A stretch of 63,868 nt of DNA, filler included, from Chiloscyllium plagiosum (taxonomy: Eukaryota): assembly GCF_004010195.1 (NCBI RefSeq). It is 5 parts of one record of this genome, joined end to end, with 100 filler letters (N's around TTAATTAATTAA, not from the genome) between each part and the next. Parts side by side here need not be neighbours in the genome. Positions count along the whole stretch, not along the records: positions 30,036 to 45,497 come from NC_057717.1; positions 45,598 to 52,058 come from NC_057717.1; 3 more parts are not named here. The stretch is one strand, 5' to 3'. This document shows, piece after piece, positions 38,150 to 52,058 of the stretch; the stretch's first letter is position 1, and each line of letters starts with the position of its first letter. Position numbers and translations under genes: made by a program. The notes under the pieces were generated by a model, which saw only the letters and a program-made list of their open reading frames with translations, made no database searches and was not told the DNA's origin.

Positions 38150-39715
38150 ATTTGGCTCACAAAAATGTTACACCATCCTTTGTCTAACATGAAGTCCATC
38201 AGCCACTCCTCGGCCATTTGGCACATCTTTTATGGGTCCCATTTTACTCTGAGTTAACCATTTTACTGTCCACTACCTCACAATGTTGGTGTTATCTGTA
38301 AACTCACTAACCATTCTCTACTAATATTCACATCCAAATCATTTACATAAAAGACAAAATCCATTAGATCCTCGTGGTACACTGCTGGTCACAGGCCTCC
38401 AATCCAAATAAAATATCCCGCACCAGCATTACCTTCATCTCTAACCTTTGAACGAATTATCTACAACTCCCCCTGTATTCCATGCGATCTAACCATGTTT
38501 AACAGTTTACCACGCGGAACCTTTTTGAATGCCTTAATAAAGTCCATATTCTATTCCATAGTTCTATGTTTGTGCCATCATAATTCTTATTCGTCACTTC
38601 TTCAATAAACTATATCAAATTAGTGAGATAAGATTTCCCACACGCAAAGTCATGTTGACTATCGCTAATCGGAATTTACTTTTCCAACACAAGTAAATCC
38701 TGTCCCTCAGAATCCCCTCCAAAAACTTACCCACCAATGAAATCAGGCCCACCGGTCTATAGTTTCCTCACTTTTCCTTACCAAGTGTTCTTAAACAATG
38801 GCACAACCTTACCTGTGGCTGTCCATGATAAAAATATCTCAGCCTGATATCAAACAATGGCTTCCCTAGCTTCCCATCAGACTCTCGGGTACACCTGATC
38901 AGGTCATAGAACACAGAACGGTGCAGCACAGGACAGGCCCTTGAGCTGTTGATGTTGTGCCGGCAGTTTCTCGTACTCTAAGATCAGACTAACCTATGTG
39001 CCCTTCATTGTACTAACTTCCAAGTGCCTATCCAAGAGTCACATAAAAGGTCAGAGGGAGTTATGCACCTTAATGCATTTTAAGACGGCCAGCTCCTCAT
39101 CATCTGTAACATGGACACTTTTCAAGATACCACCATTCATTTCCCCAAGTTCTCTCCCTTCCATATCCTATTCCACAGTAAATACTGATGCAAAATATTT
39201 ATGTAGTCTCTCACCAATCTCCTGTAATTCCACACATAGGTCACGTTGCTGATCTTTAAAGGGCCCTGTCCTCTCCCTAGTTACTCTTTTGACCTCAATG
39301 TATTGGTAGATTCTCTTTGGATTGTCCTTTACCTTATTTTCGAAAAATGTCTTATGCCCTCAGTTTACCTCCTGATTTCCCTCTTGAGTATTAGCCTTCA
39401 GCCCTGGTACTCCTCGATGGATTCACTCGATCCCGACTGTTGTACCTATCATTTACTTCCGTTTTTTTCTTGAACAAAACCGCAATTCCATTCGCCTTCC
39501 AGCATTCCCGACCAGCCTTGCATTGCTCATGAACCAGAACATGCTCTATCTCGACTCTGTAATCTCATTTGTGAAGGCCTCCCACTTTCCTGCCACGAGC
39601 TTCTCCCAAGCAACTTTTGAAATTGCCAATACAAAATGTTCAAGGTTGGCCTGATTCAATTTAGAACTTTACCATTTATGTCAGGACTGTTCTTCTCCAT
39701 AAGTATTTTAAAACT
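38150..39715 (-). mobile_element. Degraded CR1 LINE ORF2 with a nested LINE tail at ~38905-39045
   Basis: Minus-strand remnants of NYRPV, SQH.F, MDF.KAF and F.DN/DT motifs. Confidence 0.75.
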
Positions 39716-40191
39716 GGTAGTTACTGAATAACAGGCTCAAGAAGCAGAATGGCCTCCTGCTGTCCCTCTGGAACAGACTCAATAGGCTGAATGGCCTCCT
39801 CCTGTCCACCTGTAACAGGGTCAAGAAGTTGAATGGTCTCCTCCTGTCCCCCTGTGACAGACACATAGGGACAGAATTACCTTCTCCTGTTCCTGAGCAG
39901 CAGTCTCAATGCTCTGAATGATGTCGCAAGGAGCAGCACTGCACAATGCCAATGGGCAATAAATAGTGTACACTGTTTTATTGTCTATGGAAGTGTCCCC
40001 ACTGGTCACCCTGTTCAGCTGGTTTGTTTATCGCCCTTTATAAACAGTATGTAATATAAACAGTCCTGCAGTGTTCTTGCACTACTCCCACATACACGGA
40101 ACAAAGAATAAAAAGACTGAAAGATTTATGGTCCATCCCTAAGCAACACCCATCTATTCCAAAAGTTACATAAGTTAGGGGTTAACTGAGC

Positions 40192-40317
40192 CTGTTTGTT
40201 TAGTGACTGTGATTAATGCCAGTCTCCACGGATTGTAATTATCCCAGTGGAGGGGTTCCATCTTTTAATGATAAATGGGTTCCTTTGAATGTGCTATTCC
40301 ACAGTATAAGTGGGAGC
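40192..40317 (+). promoter_or_regulatory. Putative proximal promoter of the GPCR gene
   Basis: TATA-like tataag at 40305, about 100 bp before the ATG. TAAT and TGTTTGTT motifs. Similar sequence is retained in two distant paralogous copies. Confidence 0.5.
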
Positions 40318-40408
40318 GCCACCGACAGCATTAACAGGGATTGGCAGCTCAAGAGGTGCAGTGGGGAGAGATCAGAATCTGAGCACAAGTGTCTGGAATG
40401 TTCTAACA

Positions 40409-40631
40409 ATGAGTCAGAATCTGAGAACATTAGACTGGAATGTTCCAACAATGTTTCACAACCTGAGAACATTAGGCTGGAATGTCTCAAGAATGGACAG
40501 GAGTTTATATTGGGATGTTTGGTTTCTTTCTACATATTATGATCGAATCCCATTATCGTGGCAGATCGAATTTGCACTTGACATTATTCAATATTTTTAT
40601 TATCCAATCCTGGCTTTCGTTGGTGTCCCTG
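40409..40631 (+). CDS. First coding exon of a GPR139/GPR142-like class A GPCR (N-terminus and start of TM1)
   Basis: MSQNLRTLDWNV...MDRSLYWDVWFLSTYYDRIPLSWQIEFALDIIQYFYYPILAFVGVP, then a phase-1 donor G|GTAAGT. YYP.LA..GVP followed by an intron is characteristic of the family expanded in sharks. The start codon could be 40409, 40451 or 40493. Confidence 0.82.
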
Positions 40632-40992
40632 GTAAGTCTCAATGTTCAGTCATTAATTTTATAAATCATGATTGACTGTATTACTGTCCTTTCATTGACT
40701 CTATTGTCATTGTCTCTGTTATTGTTCCTGCTGAGACTCTAAATCGAGATGTTCACTTTACAAGCCACTACTAACTGCAGCAATGAACTTGTTAATTCAC
40801 TCGCTTCATCATTGCTTCTGTTACTCATGGGTCTCAATGTTGACCTGTCCAGTTTCAACTGTGAAACATGATTTATTTTATCACTGCCCTTGCTGTTTAA
40901 ATATTGAAAGCATTGAGGTCACTATGTTCTGTTCTGGTTACAGATTGAATTTCGTTCCTCTGACTACATCCCATCCCTGGCGAATACTGAGG

Positions 40993-41208
40993 CTGAAATA
41001 CACTGGCATAGTCTACACAGCTCCCCGTGCTGGACAGATAGTCCAGCTTACTGAGCAATACACTGGCACGGTCTGCACAGCTCCCTATGTTGGGTAGATA
41101 GCTCAGCTTCCTGAGCAATACATTGGTACAGTCTGCAGAGCTCTCCATGCTGGGCAGATAGTTCATTTTACGAAGCAATACATTGGCATAGTCTGCACAG
41201 CTCCCCAG
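40993..41208. repeat. 60-bp minisatellite, ~3.6 units, in the putative intron 1
   Basis: aatacactggca.agtct.cacagctccc recurs at an exact 60-bp period. Confidence 0.92.
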
Positions 41209-42690
41209 TGTGTCCCACTGCCCTGTCCTTTTCCCCGTATTTCACTAATATGGCCTATTTCTATCTTAATTATCTGGTTCTATCTTTAATGTGATTTTTT
41301 CTGCCCCTCAGTATCTTTCCCTGGCTTTGAGCTTTGGCTCCCTAATGTATCGACTGCTGACATTGTGAAACTCAGACACAATGAAATGCTGTGTGGGGGC
41401 TGTTGTTCACTTCCCCGTGTGTCCCATGTTCCATGTTATATATGCAATCCTGCAGTGCTCTTGCACGACTCCCACACACATGGAAGAAAGAAAAAAGGTT
41501 GACAGTCTAATGATCATGTTGGACAGGAGGGATTCAGCAGTTTTGACTCACGTCTTTGAAACTTAGTCTGTGCCTGTCCACTGAACGCCTGTGTTTGCCC
41601 CTCTCAGCTGATCGTGTGACCAGTAATACGAGGAAGCCCTCGAGTATTATTGTAAAGGGGCAGGCATCGAACTTGCGTCGGAGGCTGAGGGGTGACCTTA
41701 TAGAGGTTTGCAAAATTATGAGTGGCATTGATAGAGTAAATAGACAAGTATTTTTCCTAGGGCTGGGGAGTCCAGAAATCGAGGCCATAGGTTTAGGGTG
41801 AGAGGGGAAAGAGACCTGAGGGGCAGCTTTTTCACATAGTGTAGTACGTGTATGGAATGAGCAGCCCTGGAGAGTGGTGGACGCTGGTAAAATTGCAACA
41901 TTTAAGAGGCATTTGGATGGGTATATGAATAGAAAGGGTTTGGAGCGATAATTAGCTGGGTGCTGGCAGGTAGGACTAGATTGGATTGGGATCTCTGTTC
42001 CGCAAGGACGGGTTGGACCAAAAGATCTGTTTCCATGCTGTACATCTCTGTGACTCTATGAAAATCTTCTGACTGACTCCTGTTATTCAAAATTGAGTGG
42101 AGGGGTTGGGGATGGTTTACTGGAAGTTGTGCTGTGAGCGGCCCCAGACATTCAGGGAGACCGGAGGATTTTGTGACCCAACTCTGGATGGAGCATGGGG
42201 ACTGTAGTTACAGTATCTAAGTCTGTAACATGATCAACAAATGGAGCAGAGATTGCAGAGTGTAGAAGCTCTGAAACCAGAGCGTTAGTCTGTGTGGGGA
42301 AAGGCATCTGCCAAATCTGTCTGTGACTTAACGAGGACACACGCACCTGCCACCTTTGCGCACACACACACACACACACTTTCTCTCGCACACACACACA
42401 CATACACGCGCTATCTTTCTCGCACTTCCCCCACCCCCGTGCACACACACTCCGCATTTCTCAGATGCAAACACTCATAAATATTGGGGTGAATTTGAAT
42501 TTGTAGCCTTGTATGTGCAAATGCATTCAATTTTGTTTAAAAAAAACATGCACTTTGTAAGCAGTTAGTCAATGTGGCATTTTATAAATTTCTGCCTTGG
42601 AAATAAAACCCGTCTGATTCCAGAGTACAACACAGACAGACTTCAAACAAGACCTTCCCTGGTTTTGTTCCAGGAAGGTCACATCTTAGT

Positions 42691-43017
42691 GGGCAGCACG
42701 GTGGCACAGTGGTTAGCACTGCTGCCTCGCAGCGCCAGAGACCCGGGTTCAATTCCCACCTCAGGCGACTGACTGTGTGGAGTTTGCACGTTCTCCCCGT
42801 GTCTGCGTGGGTTTCCTCGGGGGGCTCCGGTTTCCTCCCACAGTCCAAAGATGTGCAAGTCAGGTGAATTGGCCATGCTAAATTGCCCGTAGTGTTAGGT
42901 AAAGGGGTAAATGTAGGGGTATGGGTGGGTTACGCTTCGGCGGGTCGGTGTGGACTTGTTGGGCCGAAGGGCCTGTTTCCACACTGTAAGTAATCTAATC
43001 TAATCTAATCTAATCTT
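42691..43017 (+). mobile_element. Young full-length HE1/V-type SINE
   Basis: A and B boxes, V-domain, (ATCTA)n tail and an atctt target duplication. Absent from the right arm at ~50590. Confidence 0.95.
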
Positions 43018-43019
43018 CG

Positions 43020-44335
43020 CAAACATAATAGATTTCTTTGTGGAAGTGAAAATTGATAGTGAGGAAAAGGCTGTAGATGTTATACAACGGACTTCGGTAA
43101 GGTATTTGTTGAGGTGAGCTGACGGAGAAGGTGAAGTTGCAAGGGGTCCAGGGTCTACTAGCTAAATGGATGGAGAACAGGCTGGGTAGCAGCAGACAAT
43201 GAGCAGCAGTGGAAGGGAGTTTCTCAAAATGAAGAACTGTTCTGGGTGGTGTTTCACAGGGTTTAATGCTAGGACCACTATTGTTTATGATACACATAAA
43301 TGAACAAAAGAAAGGTAAATGTGGTCTGATTAATAAGTTTGCAGATGGCACTACGATTGATAGAGTAGCAGAAAGTGAAGGGCACTGTCAGAGAATTCAG
43401 CAGAAAATAGATAGATTGGAGAGTTGTGCAGAGAAATGGCAAATAGAGTTCAATCTGGACAAATGTGAGATGATGCCTTTTGGAAGATCCAATTCAAGAG
43501 GGAACTATAGGGTAAATCGAAAAAGCCCTGGGCAAAATTGATGTACAGCGAGATCTGGGTGTTCAGAACCATTGTTCCTTAGAGGGGCAGGTCGATAGAG
43601 TGGTCAAGAAGGCATACAACATACTTTGCTTCCTGCATTCCACCATTTTAAGAAGGACAGAAAAGAGAAAGTGGCGAAGTACAGACCAGTTAACTTGTCA
43701 TCCACAGGAGGGATTCTGTTGGAATCTATTTTGTACAAGAGATGACAGGTCATGTTACAGTTGTGTATGGCTTTGGTTCGACAACATTTCAAATAGTTCG
43801 TACAGTTCTGATCGCCACCTTACCAAAAGGATGTGGATGCTTTGGAGAGGGTGCAGAGGAGTTTCAGCAGGATGTTTCTTGGTATTGGAGGCAACTGGCT
43901 ATGAAGAGAGCTTTGGTAAATTAGGATTATTTTCATTAGACTGACGGAGGTTCGAGGGACCTGATTGAGTTCTACAAAATCATAAGAGGTATAGATAGTG
44001 TGGATAGCAAGACGCTTATTCCCAGAGTGGGGTACTCAATTTCCAGTGGTCAGGAATTCAAGATGATAGGGAAAAGGTTTTTGGAAGATATGTTCAGAAA
44101 GTTCATTACACTGCGTCTGGCAGATGCCTGAAATGCATTGCCAGTGGAGGTGTTAGACATGGTCACGATCGCGACATTTAATATGTATCTAGACAGATGC
44201 ATTAATGGGTAGGGAGCAGGGGGATACAGATCCTTCGAAAATAGGTGACAGGTTTAGACAGAGGATCTGGATCGGTGCAGGCTTGGAAGGTCCTAAGGGC
44301 TGTTCCTGTGCTGGATTTTTTTTTTTGTTCTTGGT
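43020..44335 (+). mobile_element. Degraded CR1 LINE RT and 3' end (mirrored at ~49290-50590)
   Basis: LGPLLFMIHINE, KFADGT, WQIEFNLDKCE and LGLFSLD motifs. Confidence 0.88.
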
Positions 44336-45597
44336 AAATACTGGTGCAAAGTGTCTGTCCATATTTGAAAGGAAAATGGAAACAAGGCCAAATATGGCAC
44401 AGTGAATGTGTGGACAGGATTTTTTTTTAGAGAACAGAAAATTGACAGGGAGACAAAACTGTTACATTATGTCTGCCTTCACGGAAGAAGATCCAGAACA
44501 TATCCCATAAATACCATAGAACTTTTGTTACTGAACACTAAAATCCTTCATACTAGTGACATGGTAGTATATGACAACATACTTGGATTGAAGATTAATA
44601 AGTCTGACAGACCAGATGTACTTCATATTGCAATTTCAGAGAAAGCAGCAATACACAGATTGATTGTATTGTGGATGACTGTATTTATCCTTATTCAATT
44701 TGAAAGGATATAAATGCATTCCAACGATTTAGGAATGGAAGAAGAGGGAGAGTGGAAAACTACAGACCAGTTTACTTGTCATCCGCAGGAAGTAATCTTT
44801 TGCAATCTATCATAACGAATGTGATATTTGACACTGAGAAAGTAATAGCAAACTTCAAGAGAATTATTCTGCATTTATGAAAGGGAAGTTATAATTTACA
44901 AAAGTTTTGTTTGAAGATATATCTTGTAGACCTAATCAGAGAGAAGCAATGGATCTGATACAGTCAGATATTCAGGAGGATTTTTAATCAGCACATACGG
45001 TATGTTAGCAGAAACATTAAAGCAAAGGGTATTGGGAGAAACATATATAAACAGGGAAGGTAAAAGTTAAGTTTGCCTTCATTTAAATGCAGACGATGAA
45101 GGATCAACTAGAGTCAAAGCGTTAACTTGCTCTCTCTTTACGGATGCTGTTTGACTCACTGTGATGTCTAGCATGTGTTAGTTCCAGTACAGATTCCAGC
45201 TTCTGCAGTAATTTGTTCAGACGAGCAAGAAAAACATTCTGCACTAGTTACACAGAGTGTTGGTGAGACTGTACCTGGAGCATTGTATACAATTTTGATG
45301 TCTTGATCTAAATAAAACATACTGATCCCATATACTGAATGGACATTCTCAGATTAATCCCTCAGATAGCAAGGTATTCTGCTGGCGAAACTTGGCCTGA
45401 GATCAAGGCGGGATTCTGTTTGTGAAGCTGGTGAACATTGATAGATTGAAATATGAGAGCTTCATGTCTGTTTTACTTGGGAGAAGGAGGATGCAGGNNN
45501 NNNNNNNNNNNNNNNNNNNNNNNNNNNNNNNNNNNNNNNNNTTAATTAATTAANNNNNNNNNNNNNNNNNNNNNNNNNNNNNNNNNNNNNNNNNNNN

Positions 45598-46455
45598 ATG
45601 CCATCAGGCCCAGGGGACTTTTCTATTTTCACCCTTTCCAGAATTTCCAACACCTCTTCTCTACATACCTCAACGCCATCCATTCTGCTTAATTGTGACT
45701 CAGTATTCACATCGGCAACAATGTCCTGTTCCTGTTACTGACGAAAAGTATTCATTCAGTGTCTCCCCAATCTCTTCAGCCTCCACACGCAACTTCCCAC
45801 TACTATCCTTGACTGGACCTATTCCTACCCTAGTCATTCTTTTATTCCTGACATACCTATAGAAAGCCTTAGGGTTTTCCCTAATCCTACCAACTAAGGC
45901 CCTTTCATGTCCCCTCCTTGCTGCTCTTAGCTCTCTCTTCAGGTCCTTCCTGGCTACCTTATAACTCTCAATCGCCCCAATTGAACCTTCACGCCTCATC
46001 TTTACATAGGCCGCCCTCTTCCATTTAACAAGGGATTCCAATTCCTTATTAAACCACGGGTCCCTCACACGACCCTTTCCTCCCTGCCTGGTTGGTATAT
46101 ACTTATCAAGGACACTCAATAGTTTCTCCTTGAACAAGCTCCACATATCAATTACGTCCTTGCCTTGAAGCTTACTTTTCCAGGCCACACATCCTAAGTC
46201 ATGCCTCACAGCATCATAATTTCCCTGCCCCATCTATAACTCTTGCCCTGCAATGCACACTTATCCCTCTCCATCACAAGAGTAAAAGTCACCGAATTGT
46301 GGTCACTGTCCCCAAAGTGCTCACCTACCTCTAATTCTAACACCTGACCTGGTTCATTACCCAGAACCAAATCCAGTATGGCCTCACCTCTTGTTGGCCT
46401 ATCTACATATTGTGTCAGGAAACCCTCCTGCACACATTGGACAAACACTGACCCA
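45598..46455 (-). mobile_element. Young CR1/HER1 LINE ORF2 fragment (endonuclease C-terminus plus linker)
   Basis: FLTQYVDRPTRGEAILDLVLGNEPG..GDSDHNSV, then ..IRENPKAFYRYVRNKR..LNEYFSSV, with one frameshift near 46230. Confidence 0.93.
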
Positions 46456-48167
46456 ACACTAAAATCTGTGAATTCAGTTCCAGAATCATCAAGCATTTGG
46501 AAGAGGATAATCAGAGTATTCATTATTACCTTGGTCACCTCCCTTAGTAATCAACGAGAAGATTAACATGTCATGGGGATTGATCAGATTTCAGTCAAAA
46601 TAATTTCTCCAAAACTGTTTATGTACAGATTTGATTCTATTTACTTTTTCTCAGTAGACTGAGAAGTGCTTGGAGTTTACTTTTTGAAATGTTTTCTTTT
46701 GTGAAGGCAGAACAAAAGTCGTTGCTTCAGAGTCCTGCAATTTTCCTATTCTCTGGTTTCAGCCTGTAAGGAAGATATAATGATCTTCTCTAACATTTCA
46801 CCTTGGTATACTCTATGTTGAGAAGCTTTTGCATTTCATTCTTGTTAATGTACGCTTCATAAACCCATCATTTCCTGTCTAAAGCTGCTCAGTGATTGAA
46901 CTTCCACAGCCATACAATCACAGAAGCAATCTCTGTACGGTCAGAAATACAGTACAATCTACATTAGTCCCACTTTCATACATCAGGCCCATAGACGTGA
47001 GTGTTATGACACTTCAAGTGCTTGTCCACGTGCCGTTTAGCGGCTGTGCGATGACCCACAACAACTTCCCTCTCAAAAAGTGCATTCCAGACATCAACAT
47101 CCTCTGGGTGAAAAAGCCATCCTGAAATCCTCTCTAAACCTCAAACCCTTCACTTTAAAAGCGTTCTCCTTTGCTCTTGACCCTCTGACTTAAAGGAACC
47201 GCTGCTGTTTATCCACCTTGTCCATGCCGTTCGTAATCTTACCCTTCTGACTCGCGTTCCTCTCAGTCTTCTCTGCTCCAAAGTAACCAACTCAAGCGTA
47301 TCCAGCCTCTCTCCATAGCTGATATGCTCCATTCCAGGGAACATCCTGGTGAATCTCCTCTGCGCCACTCTCAGTGAAATCACATCTTTCCTGTCATGTC
47401 GATCCCTGAACTGCACATAGTATTCCATTTTGACCTAGCCAAAGTGTTATATAACTCTTGTCATCTATGCCTCGATTAGTAAAGGCTATGCCTGCTGTCC
47501 CCAATTACTTCTTACTATTACCCAGTCTCGTCACATTCAGGAATGTGTGGAGAAGCACACTCTGAACTTGCGAGTCTGCTGCCATTTATTGAGTCCTCCC
47601 TTCTTCCAAAGTGCATCACCTCATATTTATCAGTGTTACATTCCATCTGCCATTGATCTGCCCATCTGACCATTCTACCTGTATCTTCCTGTAACGTAAG
47701 ACCTTCCTCCTCACTGCCAACCACCCGAGTAATCTATGTGTCAGACACTAACCTAATTATTACACTCACCCCATGCCCGTTTGCATTCACATCTATATCA
47801 TTTATGAATGCCACAAATAATAAAGGACACAGCACTGACACACAAACAGTCTTCGACAACCACCTATTTTCTGCAGTAGTTTCTCGATCACTGATCTGCT
47901 ACTCACTGGTCTGTAGTTCCTTGGTCAATCTCTACAGCCCTTCCCGTAAAAGGTGTTCTCCAGTCCTCGGTACATTACCTGTGACCAGATTGTATTTAAA
48001 CATTTTCATGAGCACCTTTCATTCCTTGTTTCCAGCAGCAGCCTGAGATGTAACTGAGCTGGACCTAGGGATGTGAATATTTTATACCAGCCAAAACTAT
48101 CAATCCCTGTACAGATCTTACACAAATCTGCTCAAGATCTTCTCAGTCTATCTTCTCGAATTCTGTC

Positions 48168-51100
48168 CCTGCATCCTCCTTCTCCCAAGTAAAACAGACA
48201 TGAAGCTCTCATATTTCAATCTATCAATGTTCACCAGCTTCACAAACAGAATCCCGCCTTGATCTCAGGCCAAGTTTCGCCAGCAGAATACCTTGCTATC
48301 TGAGGGATTAATCTGAGAATGTCCATTCAGTATATGGGATCAGTATATTTTATTTAGATCAAGACATCAAAATTGTATACAATGCTCCAGGTACAGTCTC
48401 ACCAGCACTCTGTGTAACTAGTTTTTCTTGCTCGTCTGAACAAATTACTGCAGAAGCTGGAATCTGTACTGAAACTAACACATGCGAGACATTAGAGTGA
48501 GTCAGACAGCATCTGTAAAGAGAGAGCAAGTTAACGCTTTGAGTCTAGTTGACGCTTCATCGTCTGTATTTAAATGAAGGCAAACTTAACTTTTACCTTC
48601 CCTATTTGTATATGTTTCTCCCAATACCCTTTGCTTTAATATTTCTGCTAACATACTGTATGTGCTGATTAAAAATCCTCCTGAATATCTGACTGTATTG
48701 CTTCTCTATGATTAGGGCTACAAGATATATCTTCAAACAAAACGTTGGAAATTATAACTTCCCTTTCATAAAATGCAGAATAATTCTCTTGAAGTTTGCT
48801 ATTACTTTCTCAGTGTCCAATATCACATTCGTTATGATAGATTGCAAAAGATTACTTCCTGCGGATGACAAGTAAACTGGTCTGTAGTTTTCCACTCTCC
48901 CTCTTCTTCCATTCCTAAATCATTGGAATACATTTATATCCTTTCAAATTGAATACAGATAAATACAATCATCCACAATACAATCCATCTGTGTGTTGCT
49001 GCTTTCTCTGAAATTGCAGTATGAAGTACATCTGGTCTGTCAGACTTATTAATCTTCAATCCAAGTATATTGTCATATACTACCACGTCACTAGTATGAA
49101 GGATTTTAGTGTTCAGTTACAAAAGTTCTATGGTATTTCTGGGATAGGCTCTGGATCTTCTTCCGTGAAGGCAGACATAATGGCAATTTTCTGTTCTCTA
49201 AAAAAAATTATCTTGTCCACACATTCACTGTGCCACATTTGGCCTTGTTTCCATTTTCCTTTCAAATATGGACACTTTGCGCCAGTATTTACCAAGAACA
49301 AAAAAAATCCAGCACAGGAACAGCCCTTACGGCCTTCCAAGCCTGCACCGATCCAGATCCTCTGTCTAAACCTGTCACCTATTTTCGAAGGATCTGTATC
49401 CCCCTGCTCCCTACCCATTAATGCATCTGTCTAGATACATATTAAATGTCGCTATTGTGACCACGTCTAACACCTCCGCTGGCAATGCGTTTCAGGCATC
49501 TGCCAGACACTGTGTAATGAACTTTCTGAACATATCTTCCAATAACCTTTTCCCTCTCATCTTGAATTCCTGACCACTAGAAATTGAGTACCCCACTCTG
49601 GGAATAAGCGTCTTGCTATCCACACTGTCTATACTTCTTATGATTTTGTAGAACTTCCGTCAGTCGAATGAAAATAATCCTAATTTACCAAACCTCTCTT
49701 CATAGCCAGTTGCCTCCAATACCAGGAAACATCCTGGTGAAACTCCTCTGCACCCTCTCCAAAGTATCCACATCCTTTTGGTAAGGTGGCGATCAGAACT
49801 GTGCGAACTATTTGAAATGTTGTCAAACCAAAGCCGTACACAACTGTAACATGACCTGTCATCTCTTGTACACAATAGATTCCAACAGATTCTCTCCTGT
49901 GGATGACAAGTTAACTGGTCTGTACTTTGCCACTTTCTCTTTTCTGCCCTTCTTAAAATGGTGGAATGCAGGAAGCAAAGTATGTTGTAGCCTTCTTGAC
50001 CACTCTATCGACCAGACCCCTCCAAGGAACAATGGATCTGAACATCCACATCTCTCTGTACATCAGTTTTGCCCAGGGCTTTTCCATTTACCCTATAGTT
50101 CACTCTTGAATTGGATCTTCCAATAGGCATCATCTCACATTTGTCCAGATTGAACTCTATTTGCAATTTCTCTGCACAACTCTCCAATCTATCTATTTTC
50201 TGCTGCATTCTCTGACAGTCCCCTTCACTTTCTGCTATTCCACCAATCATAGTGCCATCTGCAAACTTATTAATCAGACCACCTTGACCTTCCTTTCGTT
50301 CATTTATGTGTATCATAAACAATAGTGGTCCCAGCACTAAACCCTGTGAAACACCACCCAGAACAGTTCTTCATTTTGAGAAACTCCCTTCCACTGCTGC
50401 TCACTGTCTGCTGCTCCCCAGACTGTTCTCCATCCATTTAGCTAGTAGACCCTGGACCCCTTGCAACTTCACCTTCTCCGTCAGCTGACCTCAACAAATA
50501 CCTTATCGAAGTCCGTTCTATAACATCTACAGCCTTTTCCTCACTATCAATTTTCACTTCCACAAAGAAATCTATTATGTTTGCGAAGATGCGACCTCCG
50601 TGGAACAAATCCAGGGAAGGGCTTGTTTGAAGTCTGTCTGTGTTGTACTCTGGAATCAGACGGGTTTTATTTCCAAGGCAGAACTTTATAAAATGCCACA
50701 TTGACTAACTACCTACAAAGTACATGTTTTTTTTAAAAACAAAATTGAATGCATTTGCACATACAAGGCTACAAATTCAAATTCACCCCACAGATGCATC
50801 TGTGTGTGTGCATCTGAGAAATGCGGAGTGTGTGTGCACGGGGGTCGAGGAAGTGTGAGAGAGAGAGCGCGTGTATGTGTGTGTGCGAGAGAAATAGCGT
50901 GTGTGTGTATACATGTGCATGCAAGGGTGGCAGGTGTGTGTGTCCTCGTTAAGTCACACACAGATTTGGCAGATGCCTTTCCCCACACAGACTAACGCCC
51001 TGGATTCAGAGTTTCTACACTCTGCAGCCTCTACTCCATTTGTTGATCATGTTACAGACTCAGATACTGTAACTACAGTCCCCATGCTCCATTCAGAGTT

Positions 51101-51600
51101 GGGTCACAAAATCCTCAGGTCTCCCTGAATGTCTGGGGCAGCTCACAGCACAACTTCCAGTAAACCATCCCCAACACCTCCACTCAATTTTGAATAACAG
51201 GAGTCAGTCAGAAGATTTTCATAGAGTCACAGAGATGTACAGCATGGAAACAGACCTTTTGGTCCAACCCGTCCTTGCGGACCAGAGATCCAAACCCAAT
51301 CGAGTCCTACTTGCCAGCACCCAGCCGATTATCGCTCCAAACCCTTCCTATTCATATACCCATCCAAATGCCTCTTAAATGTTGCAATTTTACCAGCCTC
51401 CACCACTCTCCCCAGCTGCTCATTCTATACACGTACTACACTATGTGAAAAAGTTGCCCCTCAGGTCTCTTTCCCCTCTCACCCTAAACCTATGCCCTCT
51501 ATTTCTGGACTCCCCAACCCTAGGGAAAATACTTGTCTATTTACTCTATCAATGCCACTCATAATTTTGCAAACCTCTATAAGGTCACCCCTCAGCCTCC
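48168..51600. repeat. Right arm of second inverted duplication
   Basis: Reverse complement of 41680-45497, minus the SINE at 42691. Confidence 0.95.
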
Positions 51601-51604
51601 AACC

Positions 51605-52058
51605 ACAAATACACTAAAGACAAAAGAATAACTAGGCAGAGAATAGCGATCCTCAAAGATCAACAAGACTGTCTATGGAACAGCAGGAGGTGGGAGAGAT
51701 TCTGTAAGTATTTCATGTCAGTTTTTACTGAAAGGGGATATTGAAGTTAGAGAAGTTGGAGAAATAAATAGTGATAACTTGGCAAGTGTACATATTACAG
51801 AGGAGGTGGTACTGGATGTCTTAAAATGCATAAAGGTGGATAAATCCCTGGAATCTGATCAGGTGTATCCCAGAACTTTATGGGAAATTAGGGAAGCTTT
51901 TGCTGGGCCCCTCACTGCGATATTTGTATCATTGATCACCACAGGTGAGGTGCTGGAAGACTGGTGCCATTATTTGAGAAAGGTGGTAAGGAAAAGCTAG
52001 GGAACTATAGACCAGTGAGCGTGAAGTCAGTGGCAGAGAAGTTGTTGGAAGGGATTCT
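51605..52058 (+). mobile_element. CR1 LINE ORF2 fragment
   Basis: IKVDKSLESDQVYPRTLWE and GNYRPVS motifs. Confidence 0.85.

Larger units (their letters stand above)
41680..45497. repeat. Left arm of second inverted duplication (partner 48168-51600)
   Basis: 41680 maps to 51600 and 45497 maps to 48168. Mirrored ORFs such as 41902-42090(-) and 51190-51378(+) are near-identical. Confidence 0.95.

Noticed and set aside
45700..46538. 177-aa and 110-aa ORFs as a possible host gene
   Set aside because: Frameshifted CR1 ORF2 endonuclease/linker fragment.
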